A DNA stretch of 64,000 nt from Alphaproteobacteria bacterium. GTDB taxonomy: Bacteria > Pseudomonadota > Alphaproteobacteria > RF32 > CAG-239. Where the stretch lies: assembly GCA_017939155.1 (NCBI GenBank), contig JAGAZZ010000008.1:5963-69962 (forward strand). The letters run 5' to 3'. The notes beneath the pieces were generated by a model that made no database searches, was not told the DNA's origin, and saw only the letters and a list, made by a program, of their open reading frames with translations. Positions 1 through 8,439 of the stretch are shown here, piece after piece (the stretch's first letter is position 1; every line of letters begins with the position of its first letter). A program made the translations under genes and the position numbers.

Positions 1-2
1 TC

Positions 3-191
3 TATACCCGCAAAGAAGATACCCTCAATATTGCTTTTTCAACCGGGCTTAAGCTTGAAATTGCTAAAAAATCAATTGAAGTGTCATTTAACGCTCAGAA
101 ATTATCTTATCAAAACCGTAAAGCGTTTATTGAAGCAACTTCAAACCAAACTCAAACCGCGCTGATTAAAAAGCAAAACGAAGGGCGCTAA
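3..191 (+). CDS. 3' fragment of an ORF entering from the left edge; unknown function, probably part of the phage-like late operon that follows
   Basis: The frame is open from the window edge to TAA at 189-191 (...TALIKKQNEGR*). There is no start in the window, so it is absent from the ORF track. Confidence 0.3.
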   Translation, partial: YTRKEDTLNIAFSTGLKLEIAKKSIEVSFNAQKLSYQNRKAFIEATSNQTQTALIKKQNEGR

Positions 192-222
192 AAAAAGAGC
201 TGTTAAAAACGTTCTCCCCCAC

Positions 223-251
223 TTGACACTTCTGTCAGACTATGCTAACAA
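223..251 (+). promoter_or_regulatory. sigma70-like promoter candidate
   Basis: Perfect -35 TTGACA at 223-228, 17-nt spacer, weak -10 TAACAA at 246-251. Confidence 0.3.
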
Positions 252-281
252 ATCTTTTAGAATGGCAAAGTGTCATTTGAA

Positions 282-313
282 GGCTTTTAAGGGTTTAAAA
301 GCCGTTTTTTTTT
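282..313 (+). terminator. intrinsic terminator hairpin
   Basis: GGCTTTTAA / TTAAAAGCC 9-bp stem with a 4-nt loop, followed by a run of 9 T. Confidence 0.55.
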
Positions 314-331
314 ATTAATTTTAATCTAAAG

Positions 332-355
332 CCGTGGGTTCCCGCGGTTTTTTTT
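332..355 (+). terminator. second intrinsic terminator hairpin
   Basis: CCGTGG(G) / (C)CCGCGG stem followed by a run of 8 T, immediately upstream of the SD of the 377 gene. Confidence 0.45.
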
Positions 356-376
356 ATTTGATTTTAGGAGAAGAAT

Positions 377-1234
377 ATGACTGTTCAATCAGAAAATTCT
401 AAAGCGGTATACATAGCAAACGGCACAACAACTTCGTTTGCTATACCGTTTTATTTTTTTAATCATGAAATTGCCGTCTATAAGGACGTTAATCAAACGC
501 CGTTAGAGGAAGGCACAGATTATGACTTAAACGGGGCAGGGCGCCCTTCCGGCGGTGAAGTGGTGTTTAAAACAGCGCCCTCGGCAAATACCAAAATCAC
601 GATTAAGCGTAACGTGCCGCTAACCCAGCTCACAACGTTTATCGAAGGCGAAAATTTTCCCGCCAAAGATTATGAAATCTCGCTTGACCGCTTAATTATG
701 GCGCTTCAATCCATCAAAGAAACGCTGACTCATTGTGTCTTGGTTCCTGACGGCGCCGAAAAAACACCCGAAGAAATCTACGAGTTAATGTTGGAAATTA
801 ATGATAACTTCGCCCTTATCAAACAAGTTCCGGCAATGACCGACAAAGTTTTGGAATATTACCAGAAGACCATCGTCTTGTTGCAAAACTATGACACCAA
901 AGAGGAAGTAAACACAAAGCTTGCTTCATATTATACCAAAAGCGAAATCAATACGCTTGTAAACAATAACAAGACGTTAAAGATAACTAATCTATCGGCA
1001 AATGTGGCTAATGTCATCGCCGATGAAACGTATTCGGATTATCCGTATAAATTGGATATTCCTGTTTCTTCAGCCACATCTTCGCACGCGCCGACCGTCG
1101 TTTTTGACCCGGTATCCGCCGTATCGGGCAATTTTGCACCGGTTTCAACGGCGCTTGATGGTTATGTCCGCATTTACTTAAAAGAAGTGCCAGAAGGGCA
1201 AACCATCACGATTCCGGCAATTCTGCTACATTAG
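377..1234 (+). CDS. phage tail-fibre / receptor-binding-like protein
   Basis: 285-aa ORF with ATG and an AGGAG SD. The N-terminus AVYIANGTTTSFAIPFYFF resembles the conserved N-terminal attachment motif of many phage fibre/spike proteins. A holin-like gene follows directly. Confidence 0.45.
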   Translation: MTVQSENSKAVYIANGTTTSFAIPFYFFNHEIAVYKDVNQTPLEEGTDYDLNGAGRPSGGEVVFKTAPSANTKITIKRNVPLTQLTTFIEGENFPAKDYEISLDRLIMALQSIKETLTHCVLVPDGAEKTPEEIYELMLEINDNFALIKQVPAMTDKVLEYYQKTIVLLQNYDTKEEVNTKLASYYTKSEINTLVNNNKTLKITNLSANVANVIADETYSDYPYKLDIPVSSATSSHAPTVVFDPVSAVSGNFAPVSTALDGYVRIYLKEVPEGQTITIPAILLH

Positions 1235-1242
1235 GAGGAGAT

Positions 1243-1560
1243 ATGGAAAGAATCAAAGAAATCTTCATAAGCTACGGCTTATGGGGCGCGTTTTTGGGCT
1301 TGGTAACAATCGTTATCAAGCCTTTTATTTCCATTCGTCAAACACTGCGCGATATGCTCATAACTTTCATTGTGAGTATGCTGGCAGGGCTTTTGGCGGA
1401 ATATATGGACATCCCCAATCCCGTTAAATACGGCATTTCTGGTGTCTGCGGATTATTTGCCGTCAGGCTGTATATGATAATCGACGCAATACTTAAAACC
1501 GCGCAAAGTGACCCTTTCCGTTTCCTCAACTCCCTGAAAGGTAAAGACCCTCATCAATGA
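1243..1560 (+). CDS. holin-like small membrane protein (3 TM)
   Basis: 105 aa with three hydrophobic helices and a charged C-terminal tail. GGAGG SD; sits 8 nt after the fibre-like gene. Confidence 0.45.
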   Translation: MERIKEIFISYGLWGAFLGLVTIVIKPFISIRQTLRDMLITFIVSMLAGLLAEYMDIPNPVKYGISGVCGLFAVRLYMIIDAILKTAQSDPFRFLNSLKGKDPHQ

Positions 1561-1582
1561 GGGTCTTTGCCTCACTTTTTTT
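1543..1582 (+). terminator. intrinsic terminator
   Basis: 11-bp stem AAAGACCCTCA / TGAGGGTCTTT overlapping the stop codon, with a T-run at 1576-1582. Confidence 0.5.
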
Positions 1583-1667
1583 ATTTCACTTTTATCAATT
1601 TTTTTTAAGCCTTTTAAAACAGTTAGCAAAAAAATCTCCTTTTTTGCACATTTTTTTATTTTTCTTA

Positions 1668-1696
1668 TTGACAATCTTAAAAATACTCTGTAAATA
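1668..1696 (+). promoter_or_regulatory. sigma70 promoter of the tRNA gene
   Basis: TTGACA (1668-1673), 17-nt spacer, TAAATA (1691-1696), about 18 nt upstream of the tRNA 5' end. Confidence 0.6.
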
Positions 1697-1713
1697 AAAC
1701 GCTGTCATTTGAT

Positions 1714-1789
1714 GGCGGGATAGCTCAGTCGGTAGAGCAGAGGAATCATAATCCTTGTGTCGTGGGTTCGAATCCCTCTCTCGCTACCA
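1714..1789 (+). tRNA. tRNA-Met (anticodon CAT), elongator type; tRNA-Ile2 (lysidine) is not excluded
   Basis: Hand-folded cloverleaf. Acceptor GGCGGGA / TCTCGCT, D-arm GCTC-AGTCGGTA-GAGC, anticodon loop ATCATAA, T-loop TTCGAAT, encoded CCA. Confidence 0.9.
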
Positions 1790-1829
1790 TTAAAAAGAAA
1801 GACACCTCCTTGTGAGGTGTTTTTCTTTT
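1771..1829 (+). repeat. 59-bp direct repeat, copy 1 (tRNA 3' end from the T-loop plus its terminator)
   Basis: Identical to 1953-2011. Confidence 0.95.
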
Positions 1830-1830
1830 T
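1802..1830 (+). terminator. tRNA terminator
   Basis: ACACCTC / GAGGTGT stem followed by TTTTCTTTTT; duplicated at 1984-2012. Confidence 0.7.
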
Positions 1831-1952
1831 AATTGATTTACAGACAGGGGATGAGAACCCATAAGTGGGTTCGACACCAGCGAAAGGCGGGCGGAAGAAC
1901 GCCGGTCGGCTGAAAGCCGAAGAGCGCCAGTGCGGCGGAGTGAAACGACGTC

Positions 1953-2011
1953 AATCCCTCTCTCGCTACCATTAAAAAGAAAGACACCTCCTTGTGAGGT
2001 GTTTTTCTTTT
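1953..2011 (+). repeat. 59-bp direct repeat, copy 2 (orphan tRNA 3' end plus terminator; att-like)
   Basis: Perfect copy of 1771-1829, separated from it by a 123-bp GC-rich insert. Confidence 0.95.
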
Positions 2012-2049
2012 ATATTAAACTTATATTCCATTCAGTCACAAAAAACGCC

Positions 2050-2421
2050 TCAAAACTGAGGCGCTTCTTGTTTGCTTTTCCCAAACTCTTTCCCTAACGG
2101 TTTTTCAGGATTCCGCCGATAACGAATTTTATCGCCGACTTTTTTATCCCATAAAAAACGAAGCTCGGGAAATTTGTTAAAATCATAAACAATAATCTCC
2201 TGCCGATTGTCAAGTTTAAGCTTGAGTCCGACTGTCCGTTTGTTTTGCTCAATCAGGGGAATCTCTGTCCGGCTGACAATCAAAGCTTCTTCCCACTCAG
2301 ACACACTAAGGCAAACCGGCGCTTCATGGGAAAACATCCCGCACAACCAAAATGCAAGCCCAATCACGCTCAAAGAGAGCCAAACCTCAGGCGAACAAAA
2401 AAATAATTTAATCTTCCTCAT
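2050..2421 (-). CDS. hypothetical membrane-anchored protein
   Basis: The ORF track gives 2050-2478, but that start is TTG. The ATG at 2421 gives MRKIKLFF followed by a TM helix. No recognisable motif. Confidence 0.4.
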   Translation of the reverse strand: MRKIKLFFCSPEVWLSLSVIGLAFWLCGMFSHEAPVCLSVSEWEEALIVSRTEIPLIEQNKRTVGLKLKLDNRQEIIVYDFNKFPELRFLWDKKVGDKIRYRRNPEKPLGKEFGKSKQEAPQF

Positions 2422-2503
2422 AATATCTAAACAATAAAATTTTCCCTCATCTATTAAACTATTTCTAAAAAAAATCAATCAAAATTTTTTTTTTACCTCT
2501 GGC

Positions 2504-2532
2504 TTGACAAGACCTAAAAAAATCATATATTA
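2504..2532 (+). promoter_or_regulatory. sigma70 promoter candidate
   Basis: TTGACA at 2504-2509, 17-nt spacer, ATATTA at 2527-2532. Confidence 0.45.
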
Positions 2533-2572
2533 TCTCCTTGAGTAAAAATTATTTAACTAAATTATTTTATTT

Positions 2573-2917
2573 ATGAAAAAATTATTTAATAAAACCACGC
2601 ATCTCATTCGTTTGGGCTTGCAACCGTCCTATCGCCGCAAGCAACAGCTCAAAAGGGGACGCAAACTATGGCTTATTTTAAATAAAAATCTTCCTCAAGC
2701 CACCGGCAACGCATTTGATGACGAGCCACGACTTGAAAGATTTAAAGTAAGAATAAGCACACTTCCATCTCTAGACCAACAAGCCCTCAAAAAATGGCTT
2801 GAGTATCAACTAAAAGAGTTAAAGAGAACGGCTCCCGAAGACATAACTTATCTTGTTGAAAAACACGAAGCCACACTTCGTCAAATCTATCAGGAGCATT
2901 TGGATTTAATTCCCTAA
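2573..2917 (+). CDS. hypothetical basic protein
   Basis: 114-aa ORF with ATG, a promoter upstream and a terminator directly after the stop. No motif recognised. Confidence 0.45.
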   Translation: MKKLFNKTTHLIRLGLQPSYRRKQQLKRGRKLWLILNKNLPQATGNAFDDEPRLERFKVRISTLPSLDQQALKKWLEYQLKELKRTAPEDITYLVEKHEATLRQIYQEHLDLIP

Positions 2918-2944
2918 AACAGCCCTAAACCGGCTGTTTTTTTT
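2917..2944 (+). terminator. intrinsic terminator
   Basis: AAACAGCC / GGCTGTTT stem followed by a T-run. Confidence 0.6.
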
Positions 2945-3386
2945 ATGCCTTTTTAAACTCAGCCGCAGCCGTTCTGGCAAGCTCGTCACAACGTTCGTTT
3001 TCCTGATGTCCGGCGTGTCCCTTAACCCAGACAAAACGAATTTCGTGCTTATTCCTTAGCTCATCTAACTCTTGCCATAACTCGACATTTTTAACCGCAG
3101 ATTTTTTATTAGCCGTTTTCCAGCCGTTTTTCTTCCACGAATAAATCCATTTTTCAATTCCGTCCATCACATACCGGCTGTCGGTGTAAAGCGTAATGTT
3201 GCAAGGCTCTTTTAAGGCTTTAAGCCCCTCAATAACAGCTTGTAGTTCCATCCTGTTGTTAGTCGTTTCCGCTTCTCCGCCGGACATTTCTTTTTCTAAA
3301 TCTTTATATCTTAAAATCACGCCCCATCCGCCGGCTCCGGGGTTTCCCGAACACGCACCGTCCGTAAATATTTCAATCCGTTTCAT
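2943..3386 (-). CDS. rnhA: ribonuclease HI
   Basis: [52 protein letters not shown]: the full RNase H1 signature with DEDD residues. Confidence 0.95.
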   Translation of the reverse strand: MKRIEIFTDGACSGNPGAGGWGVILRYKDLEKEMSGGEAETTNNRMELQAVIEGLKALKEPCNITLYTDSRYVMDGIEKWIYSWKKNGWKTANKKSAVKNVELWQELDELRNKHEIRFVWVKGHAGHQENERCDELARTAAAEFKKA

Positions 3387-3396
3387 AAAACTAACC

Positions 3397-4464
3397 TCAC
3401 ACTTCCGTTCTTAAATACTGCGAAAAAAACTCATTGGCCAAAACCGCCAAATCTGCGTTCTTTTTAAGCCCTTGCGCCACAAAAGAGCGTAAATCGTTTT
3501 TAGAAACAAAAATCCGAAAGCTCTTCGGCGTTGCTTCATCCGCCCCGATAACTCCTTCAAGCAAAAAATCTTCCGTAATGTCATCAGAAAATTTAATCAC
3601 CGCTTTAGCACACGAAAACAGCGCCCGCGGCGGCACCCGCATTTCTAACGGCGTAATCAGATTAATCGAGTTATGCGCGGCTGACAAATTCTCAAGCTGG
3701 CTGTCATAATAAAAATTAACCTTGTTTTTATCGCCGCCCAAACAAAGTGTGTTGCACGACAAATAAACCTCTTTGGCAACGGCATTGGAATTATTTTCCG
3801 CCAACAACGAAAACCGCACCTTAACAAAGTTCTCTTTTTTCTTGCTCTTTTTTGGCGCGACAAAAATATCATCTTCGCTGTCTTTACCCGCCAACACCGT
3901 TTTATCTGCAATCACAAGCTCAATATTCGGTTGCGGACGTTTGCCGAACATTCCCGCAATCACGGCATACGGGGCAGGGACGTTGTTAGACCCTGAGCGG
4001 ATATAAATTTGACTGCCGGTCGTTGTCATCAACGGCGCAATTTCCGATTTTGGAATATACGTTGCCAAAAAGCCGTCCCCGTTTTTATCTTCACCGATAA
4101 TATGGTTTCTAACCTTGTTATGCGAAGGAATGGTGCACCCTGAAATAGCGTTTTCAAGCCAACTTAAAAACCTATGCACGTTTTTGACCTTAACCTTGGC
4201 TTTTGCCACATCGCCAATTTCCAAATCTCTCGCGCATTCAACACCCCAAACCAAAACGCCGCCTTCCGAATTGCCAAACGCCGATATAGCTTTAGCCAAA
4301 TTCCTCCTGTCGTTTTGATGTAATGTCCGCATAGATTTACCATCCGACGCCGCTTGTTTAAAGTCTAAAAACAGCTCCTCGGTCTGCCGGTTTTCAATAA
4401 ACTCGTCAATAGCATCTTCCCCGAAATAAATCAGCTTTTCAAAAATATCTTCCGCGCGTGACAT
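3397..4464 (-). CDS. AlbA_2 / Schlafen-like (divergent AAA-4) nucleic-acid-binding domain protein
   Basis: N-terminal EELFLDFKQ ... [17 protein letters not shown] matches the AlbA_2 signature. The ATG at 4464 has an AAGGAG SD (the track start at 4467 is GTG). Sits 10 nt upstream of rnhA. Confidence 0.55.
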   Translation of the reverse strand: MSRAEDIFEKLIYFGEDAIDEFIENRQTEELFLDFKQAASDGKSMRTLHQNDRRNLAKAISAFGNSEGGVLVWGVECARDLEIGDVAKAKVKVKNVHRFLSWLENAISGCTIPSHNKVRNHIIGEDKNGDGFLATYIPKSEIAPLMTTTGSQIYIRSGSNNVPAPYAVIAGMFGKRPQPNIELVIADKTVLAGKDSEDDIFVAPKKSKKKENFVKVRFSLLAENNSNAVAKEVYLSCNTLCLGGDKNKVNFYYDSQLENLSAAHNSINLITPLEMRVPPRALFSCAKAVIKFSDDITEDFLLEGVIGADEATPKSFRIFVSKNDLRSFVAQGLKKNADLAVLANEFFSQYLRTEV

Positions 4465-4527
4465 CACAGTTCTCCTTATATTTTTTTACCATCATACCCG
4501 TTTATTCTTAATACCGACTTAACAAAA

Positions 4528-4555
4528 CAAAAAAAGCGCCGCAAACGCAGCGCTA
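4528..4555 (-). terminator. intrinsic terminator after lemA
   Basis: AGCGC / GCGCT stem with a T-run on the minus strand. Confidence 0.5.
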
Positions 4556-4572
4556 AAGTAAAAGAACATAAA

Positions 4573-5181
4573 TTATAAATAATCGCTCGCATCAACGGCT
4601 TTCTTCTCTGCTTCTGCCGCTTCCAAAAATGGATACTCGTCTTTAAGTCCCATCATCTTAGCAAACATTGAGGAGGGGAATATCTCCAGCGCATTTTTAT
4701 ATTCTTTAACCGCCGAGTTATAAAAGCGTCTTGCCGCGGCAATATGTTCTTCGGTTTCTGCCATTGCCTGCTGAGCCGTTGCCATCGCCGTATCAGATTT
4801 AAGCTCCGGATAAGCTTCCGCCTGAATGTTAAAAGACTTCAATGCCTGCGACAAACTTGCATCAGCCTTAAATTTATCCTCATAAGTTGTCGCGTTCATC
4901 GCCGCTTCGCGAAGCTTGGTCACTTCCGTAAACACGCCTTTTTCATGCTCCATATATTTTTTTGCCGCTTTAAGCATATTCGGGATTAAATCATATCTCT
5001 TTTTAAGCTGAACATCAATCCCCGAAGCCGCCTCTTTAACGTTATTTTTCTTACTAATAAGCGAAGCATAAATCGCATAAATCCCGAAAGCAATGCACAC
5101 GCCGCCGATAGCAACCAAACTCGTCACTTCAAATCCAGCCAAAATCAACACAATGCCGACCACAATCAAAACAATTCCCAT
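4573..5181 (-). CDS. lemA: LemA family membrane protein
   Basis: N-terminal TM plus QLKKRYDLIPN..., AYPELKSD and RRFYN motifs typical of LemA. ATG at 5181 with an AGGAG SD. Confidence 0.9.
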   Translation of the reverse strand: MGIVLIVVGIVLILAGFEVTSLVAIGGVCIAFGIYAIYASLISKKNNVKEAASGIDVQLKKRYDLIPNMLKAAKKYMEHEKGVFTEVTKLREAAMNATTYEDKFKADASLSQALKSFNIQAEAYPELKSDTAMATAQQAMAETEEHIAAARRFYNSAVKEYKNALEIFPSSMFAKMMGLKDEYPFLEAAEAEKKAVDASDYL

Positions 5182-5259
5182 CAAATATCTCCTTTAATAA
5201 ATTAGATGTGAAATAATCATACAAAAGAAAGCTTAAAATAGCGTAAACACAAACCTTTT

Positions 5260-7524
5260 TTACCGTCCGCCGTCTACACCAAACATTTTTCCCTTAACGG
5301 CAGCATTGGTTTGGTCAACGCACTTTGCTTTTTGACTTTCATCCTCTCTTCTGCATAAATATTTTTTTGCCGCCGAAGAGGGCACATTATTCAGGTTCTT
5401 CTTAATATCTTTACCAAGCTTTAAGCCAAGTGCGCTGATGTCTTTAAGGCAAGCCTCTTTCCCCTCGGGGCTTTGCGTGGCATATTTTTGCGCCACATTT
5501 CCCCAAAACCCAAGCGATAGCATTTTATCTTCGTTTTTAAGATAAGCCATCTGCAAATCTTTTTTAAGCGCACCGCTCGTATCATGTTTGTCAGCCGTTT
5601 GTGCAATCATATCAAGCATTCCTAAAACCTTATGCAAAGCAGCATTGTTTTTAAGCAAATCAGCTTGTCGTTTTTTGATTATTTTTCTGTCATTCTTAGG
5701 TTGCGCACTCTTTTGCATTTCCCCATATTGTGCATTTGCTTTTTTTGTACACCTTTCCTTTTCTTCTTCAAATTTTGTTCTCACAAGACGCCGTAAGTTT
5801 TCATCGCTGTGTTCAGAAAGGAAGTGTAAAGCCTCCACATATTTAGGATTGTCTTTATTAGTTAAATGAGTGTAAATCACACTATTCATACATTCCTTTA
5901 GCTCAGCGCTAAAACCTTCTTTACGACTTTTGGGGGCGAAATCTCTGACTAACGCAGCCCTAAAAACATCATCTTCCAAGAAATCCCGCTGTTGAACTAA
6001 AGCTATTTCCAAATTTTTTCTTAAAGCGCCGCTTTTATCATATTTTTCGGCAAATTCAGCAATTTCTTTAAGTTGTTCCTTAATTGGCCAATACCCGAAA
6101 CCGGTATCAATAGCCTTATTGTTTAATTCTTCCAAATTCAAAACAGACTCATCTGGCTCTTTTGCTTTTTTACCTCGCAAAGCTTCCACTTCATAATGCG
6201 GAGCCATAGTTTTGCATAAAGCCATAAAATACGGATTATCCATATTTTCCTCTATAACCTTGCTTGCAAAACTCAACAAAGGTTGAATATTGCCTGCATT
6301 ATCTTCAGAAACCGCTGAAGACAAATTTTTACAAATTCTATCTTCCGCATACTTTTTCATATTTTCGCTACACCCGTTGATGCGTGCCAAAATTTCCACA
6401 CCTGATTGAAAGCATAAACTATCATCTTTGTTAAGATGTTCACGTGTCCAAAACATTATTTGCGAATATTTAAGTAATGCAGCCTCTTCCTTATCATTGC
6501 CCAAATAAGGCTTTGTCACAAATTCTTTCATTTTTTCTTGTTCTTGAAAGCGCAACGCCGCGTGTTTCTTGAAATCCTTTGGAGAGCATGATTTATCAAC
6601 AAAAATCAAGGCAACAGGCTTGTTCAAAAGCGACTTAATCATATCTCGTCGCCAGCCGTTTTCACGCAAATATACTCTGCTAAAAAATTTATTTTTAAAT
6701 AAAGTATTCAGTGTCCTTGGCGTGTATGCGCCTTTAATAACCGTCTGCTCTGCAAATTTGGCTAGCTTCTCATCATCAATAACGCCATCACTCTTAAAAA
6801 AGCTTCTAGTCTTTCCGGTTAAGCGGATTTTCCAAACACGTTTAATCGTTTCTTTCAGCACAGAATAAGACGTATAGTATTTTGTGTTGGCATTATCTGA
6901 ACCATACACCGGTTTGCGAAAATTAAACAAAGAATTACGATTACGCCTAACACCGGAAGCATACGTCATGGCTGTCTGATACAAAAAATCTATCGGACCT
7001 TTGGCTCTGAGCATCAATGCGGCAAAGGCAAAACTCTCCGAATGCATTTCATTAAGATAGAGCTTATAATCTCTTCTGTCAGCCAGCTTGCCTTCAGCTT
7101 TTTCTTTACCGCCAAGCTTTGTCTCGGCGTCATTATACATCTTATCGACCGTTTCAGCACTAAATAAGCCGTAATGTTTCTGTAACGAATGCGCCAATTC
7201 GTGATATTTTGTTTGATAATCGTTTGCAGAAAAGGAAAAAAAAGCAGTTCCGCCAAAATTTATTCCGCCGCCGCCTTTTGTTGTATTACCAACGTCAACT
7301 CGATATTCACCGCCGGGTAAGGGGGATAAAACGCCTTGTTCCAACAGCTCTTGTGTCATATCCTTTCCTTTCAGGCGGGACACTTCGCTAATCACTTTCT
7401 GATAGTCATAATGAAAATTATTTTTAATCTCGGAATTGTGAATCTCATTATACGAAAAAACTGCTGTTCCAACCTTTTCGGCAATGGTTTTAATATCTTT
7501 ATTTACATCTGCAGCCTTAACCAT
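5260..7524 (-). CDS. large hypothetical protein with an HExxH metallopeptidase-like motif
   Basis: 754 aa with a GGAGG SD. Carries YHELAHSLQ near the N-terminus and two related internal segments (AEKYDKSGALRKNLEIAL and ADKHDTSGALKKDLQMAYL). No signal peptide. Confidence 0.5.
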   Translation of the reverse strand: MVKAADVNKDIKTIAEKVGTAVFSYNEIHNSEIKNNFHYDYQKVISEVSRLKGKDMTQELLEQGVLSPLPGGEYRVDVGNTTKGGGGINFGGTAFFSFSANDYQTKYHELAHSLQKHYGLFSAETVDKMYNDAETKLGGKEKAEGKLADRRDYKLYLNEMHSESFAFAALMLRAKGPIDFLYQTAMTYASGVRRNRNSLFNFRKPVYGSDNANTKYYTSYSVLKETIKRVWKIRLTGKTRSFFKSDGVIDDEKLAKFAEQTVIKGAYTPRTLNTLFKNKFFSRVYLRENGWRRDMIKSLLNKPVALIFVDKSCSPKDFKKHAALRFQEQEKMKEFVTKPYLGNDKEEAALLKYSQIMFWTREHLNKDDSLCFQSGVEILARINGCSENMKKYAEDRICKNLSSAVSEDNAGNIQPLLSFASKVIEENMDNPYFMALCKTMAPHYEVEALRGKKAKEPDESVLNLEELNNKAIDTGFGYWPIKEQLKEIAEFAEKYDKSGALRKNLEIALVQQRDFLEDDVFRAALVRDFAPKSRKEGFSAELKECMNSVIYTHLTNKDNPKYVEALHFLSEHSDENLRRLVRTKFEEEKERCTKKANAQYGEMQKSAQPKNDRKIIKKRQADLLKNNAALHKVLGMLDMIAQTADKHDTSGALKKDLQMAYLKNEDKMLSLGFWGNVAQKYATQSPEGKEACLKDISALGLKLGKDIKKNLNNVPSSAAKKYLCRREDESQKAKCVDQTNAAVKGKMFGVDGGR

Positions 7525-7595
7525 AAGCGCCTCCTTTAGAGAACTATACTAAAGAGTATACCTTAAATTTCGCTTAAAAACAATAAAAAACGCAC

Positions 7596-7624
7596 AAAAA
7601 AAAGCGCCTTAAACCCGCGCTTTT
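7596..7624 (-). terminator. intrinsic terminator (minus strand)
   Basis: AAAGCGC / GCGCTTT stem with a run of 8 T on the minus strand. Confidence 0.45.
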
Positions 7625-8050
7625 AATAAAAACAAAAACTTGAATTGTAAGATAAAACCAACACATAAATATAGAACAATAATACATTGAAATTAAATAG
7701 CGCCTCTAAAACCAAGCAGGGAAAACTGTCATCTTAAAGGCGCCGAAACTCATTGCGCAATTTCAGACATCTGAAAGGTCTTTTAATAATAACTATAAAC
7801 TAATCGGGCAATCCGTGTATATATTTTAAGCTGAGGGTGGGAAACTTTTGGCCTAAAGTCCACCTCGTATCTCTTAAATTTTCCACCTTATCTATGCTAA
7901 CAAATAGAAACAAAGCATAAATATCCGCGAAATAAAAAAAAGTCCAATAATCAAAAAACATACATATATAATAAACTTAACAAACCATCCTTAAGCTAGA
8001 GCGTCAAAATGATTCGCTCAATCTTTTTTTCACGTTGTTCACAGAAATAT

Positions 8051-8080
8051 AAAAAAAAGCCTCTCCATAAAAGGAGAGGT
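8051..8080 (-). terminator. intrinsic terminator after the 8101-8334 gene
   Basis: CCTCTCC / GGAGAGG stem followed by a T-run on the minus strand. Confidence 0.65.
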
Positions 8081-8100
8081 TAAAAAGACGAAATAAATCA

Positions 8101-8334
8101 CTAATGTTTGAAATTCCAAGTGCCGTCATAAAGCGGAGATATATCCTCTTCCGCGGATTTAGCAATAGCGGCAAGTTGTTTTTCCCATTCTTCATCGACG
8201 GGGGCGTCCTGTCTATGAGCCTCCCACCACTCATAAAAATCAATAGGTTCATGCCTTTTTTTATAAATATACCTCAATACACACACGGCGGCAACGCCAA
8301 CAGCAGACAGTGACCAAAATATTGCTTTGTTCAT
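8101..8334 (-). CDS. small membrane-anchored protein
   Basis: 77 aa with ATG, an N-terminal TM and an acidic C-terminus, plus its own terminator. Confidence 0.45.
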   Translation of the reverse strand: MNKAIFWSLSAVGVAAVCVLRYIYKKRHEPIDFYEWWEAHRQDAPVDEEWEKQLAAIAKSAEEDISPLYDGTWNFKH

Positions 8335-8439
8335 AACACAAAAATTTAAAAGTTTAACATCATAATAAAAAATACTGCCAAAATATTAACGTATTTTTGT
8401 CAAATGTCAAGTCTTTATTCAAAAAAACATCTGTTTGTA

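Noticed and set aside
240-253. 14-nt string CTATGCTAACAAAT shared with 7892-7905 as a regulatory motif
   Set aside because: There are only two copies, the string is short, and the contexts differ (a good -35 at one site, none at the other). It could be chance.
1830-1975. Two-piece (permuted) tmRNA or a second tRNA
   Set aside because: The second copy starts inside the T-loop and lacks a T-stem partner and a 5' acceptor strand. I found no tag-peptide reading frame or tRNA-like fold in the 123-bp insert.
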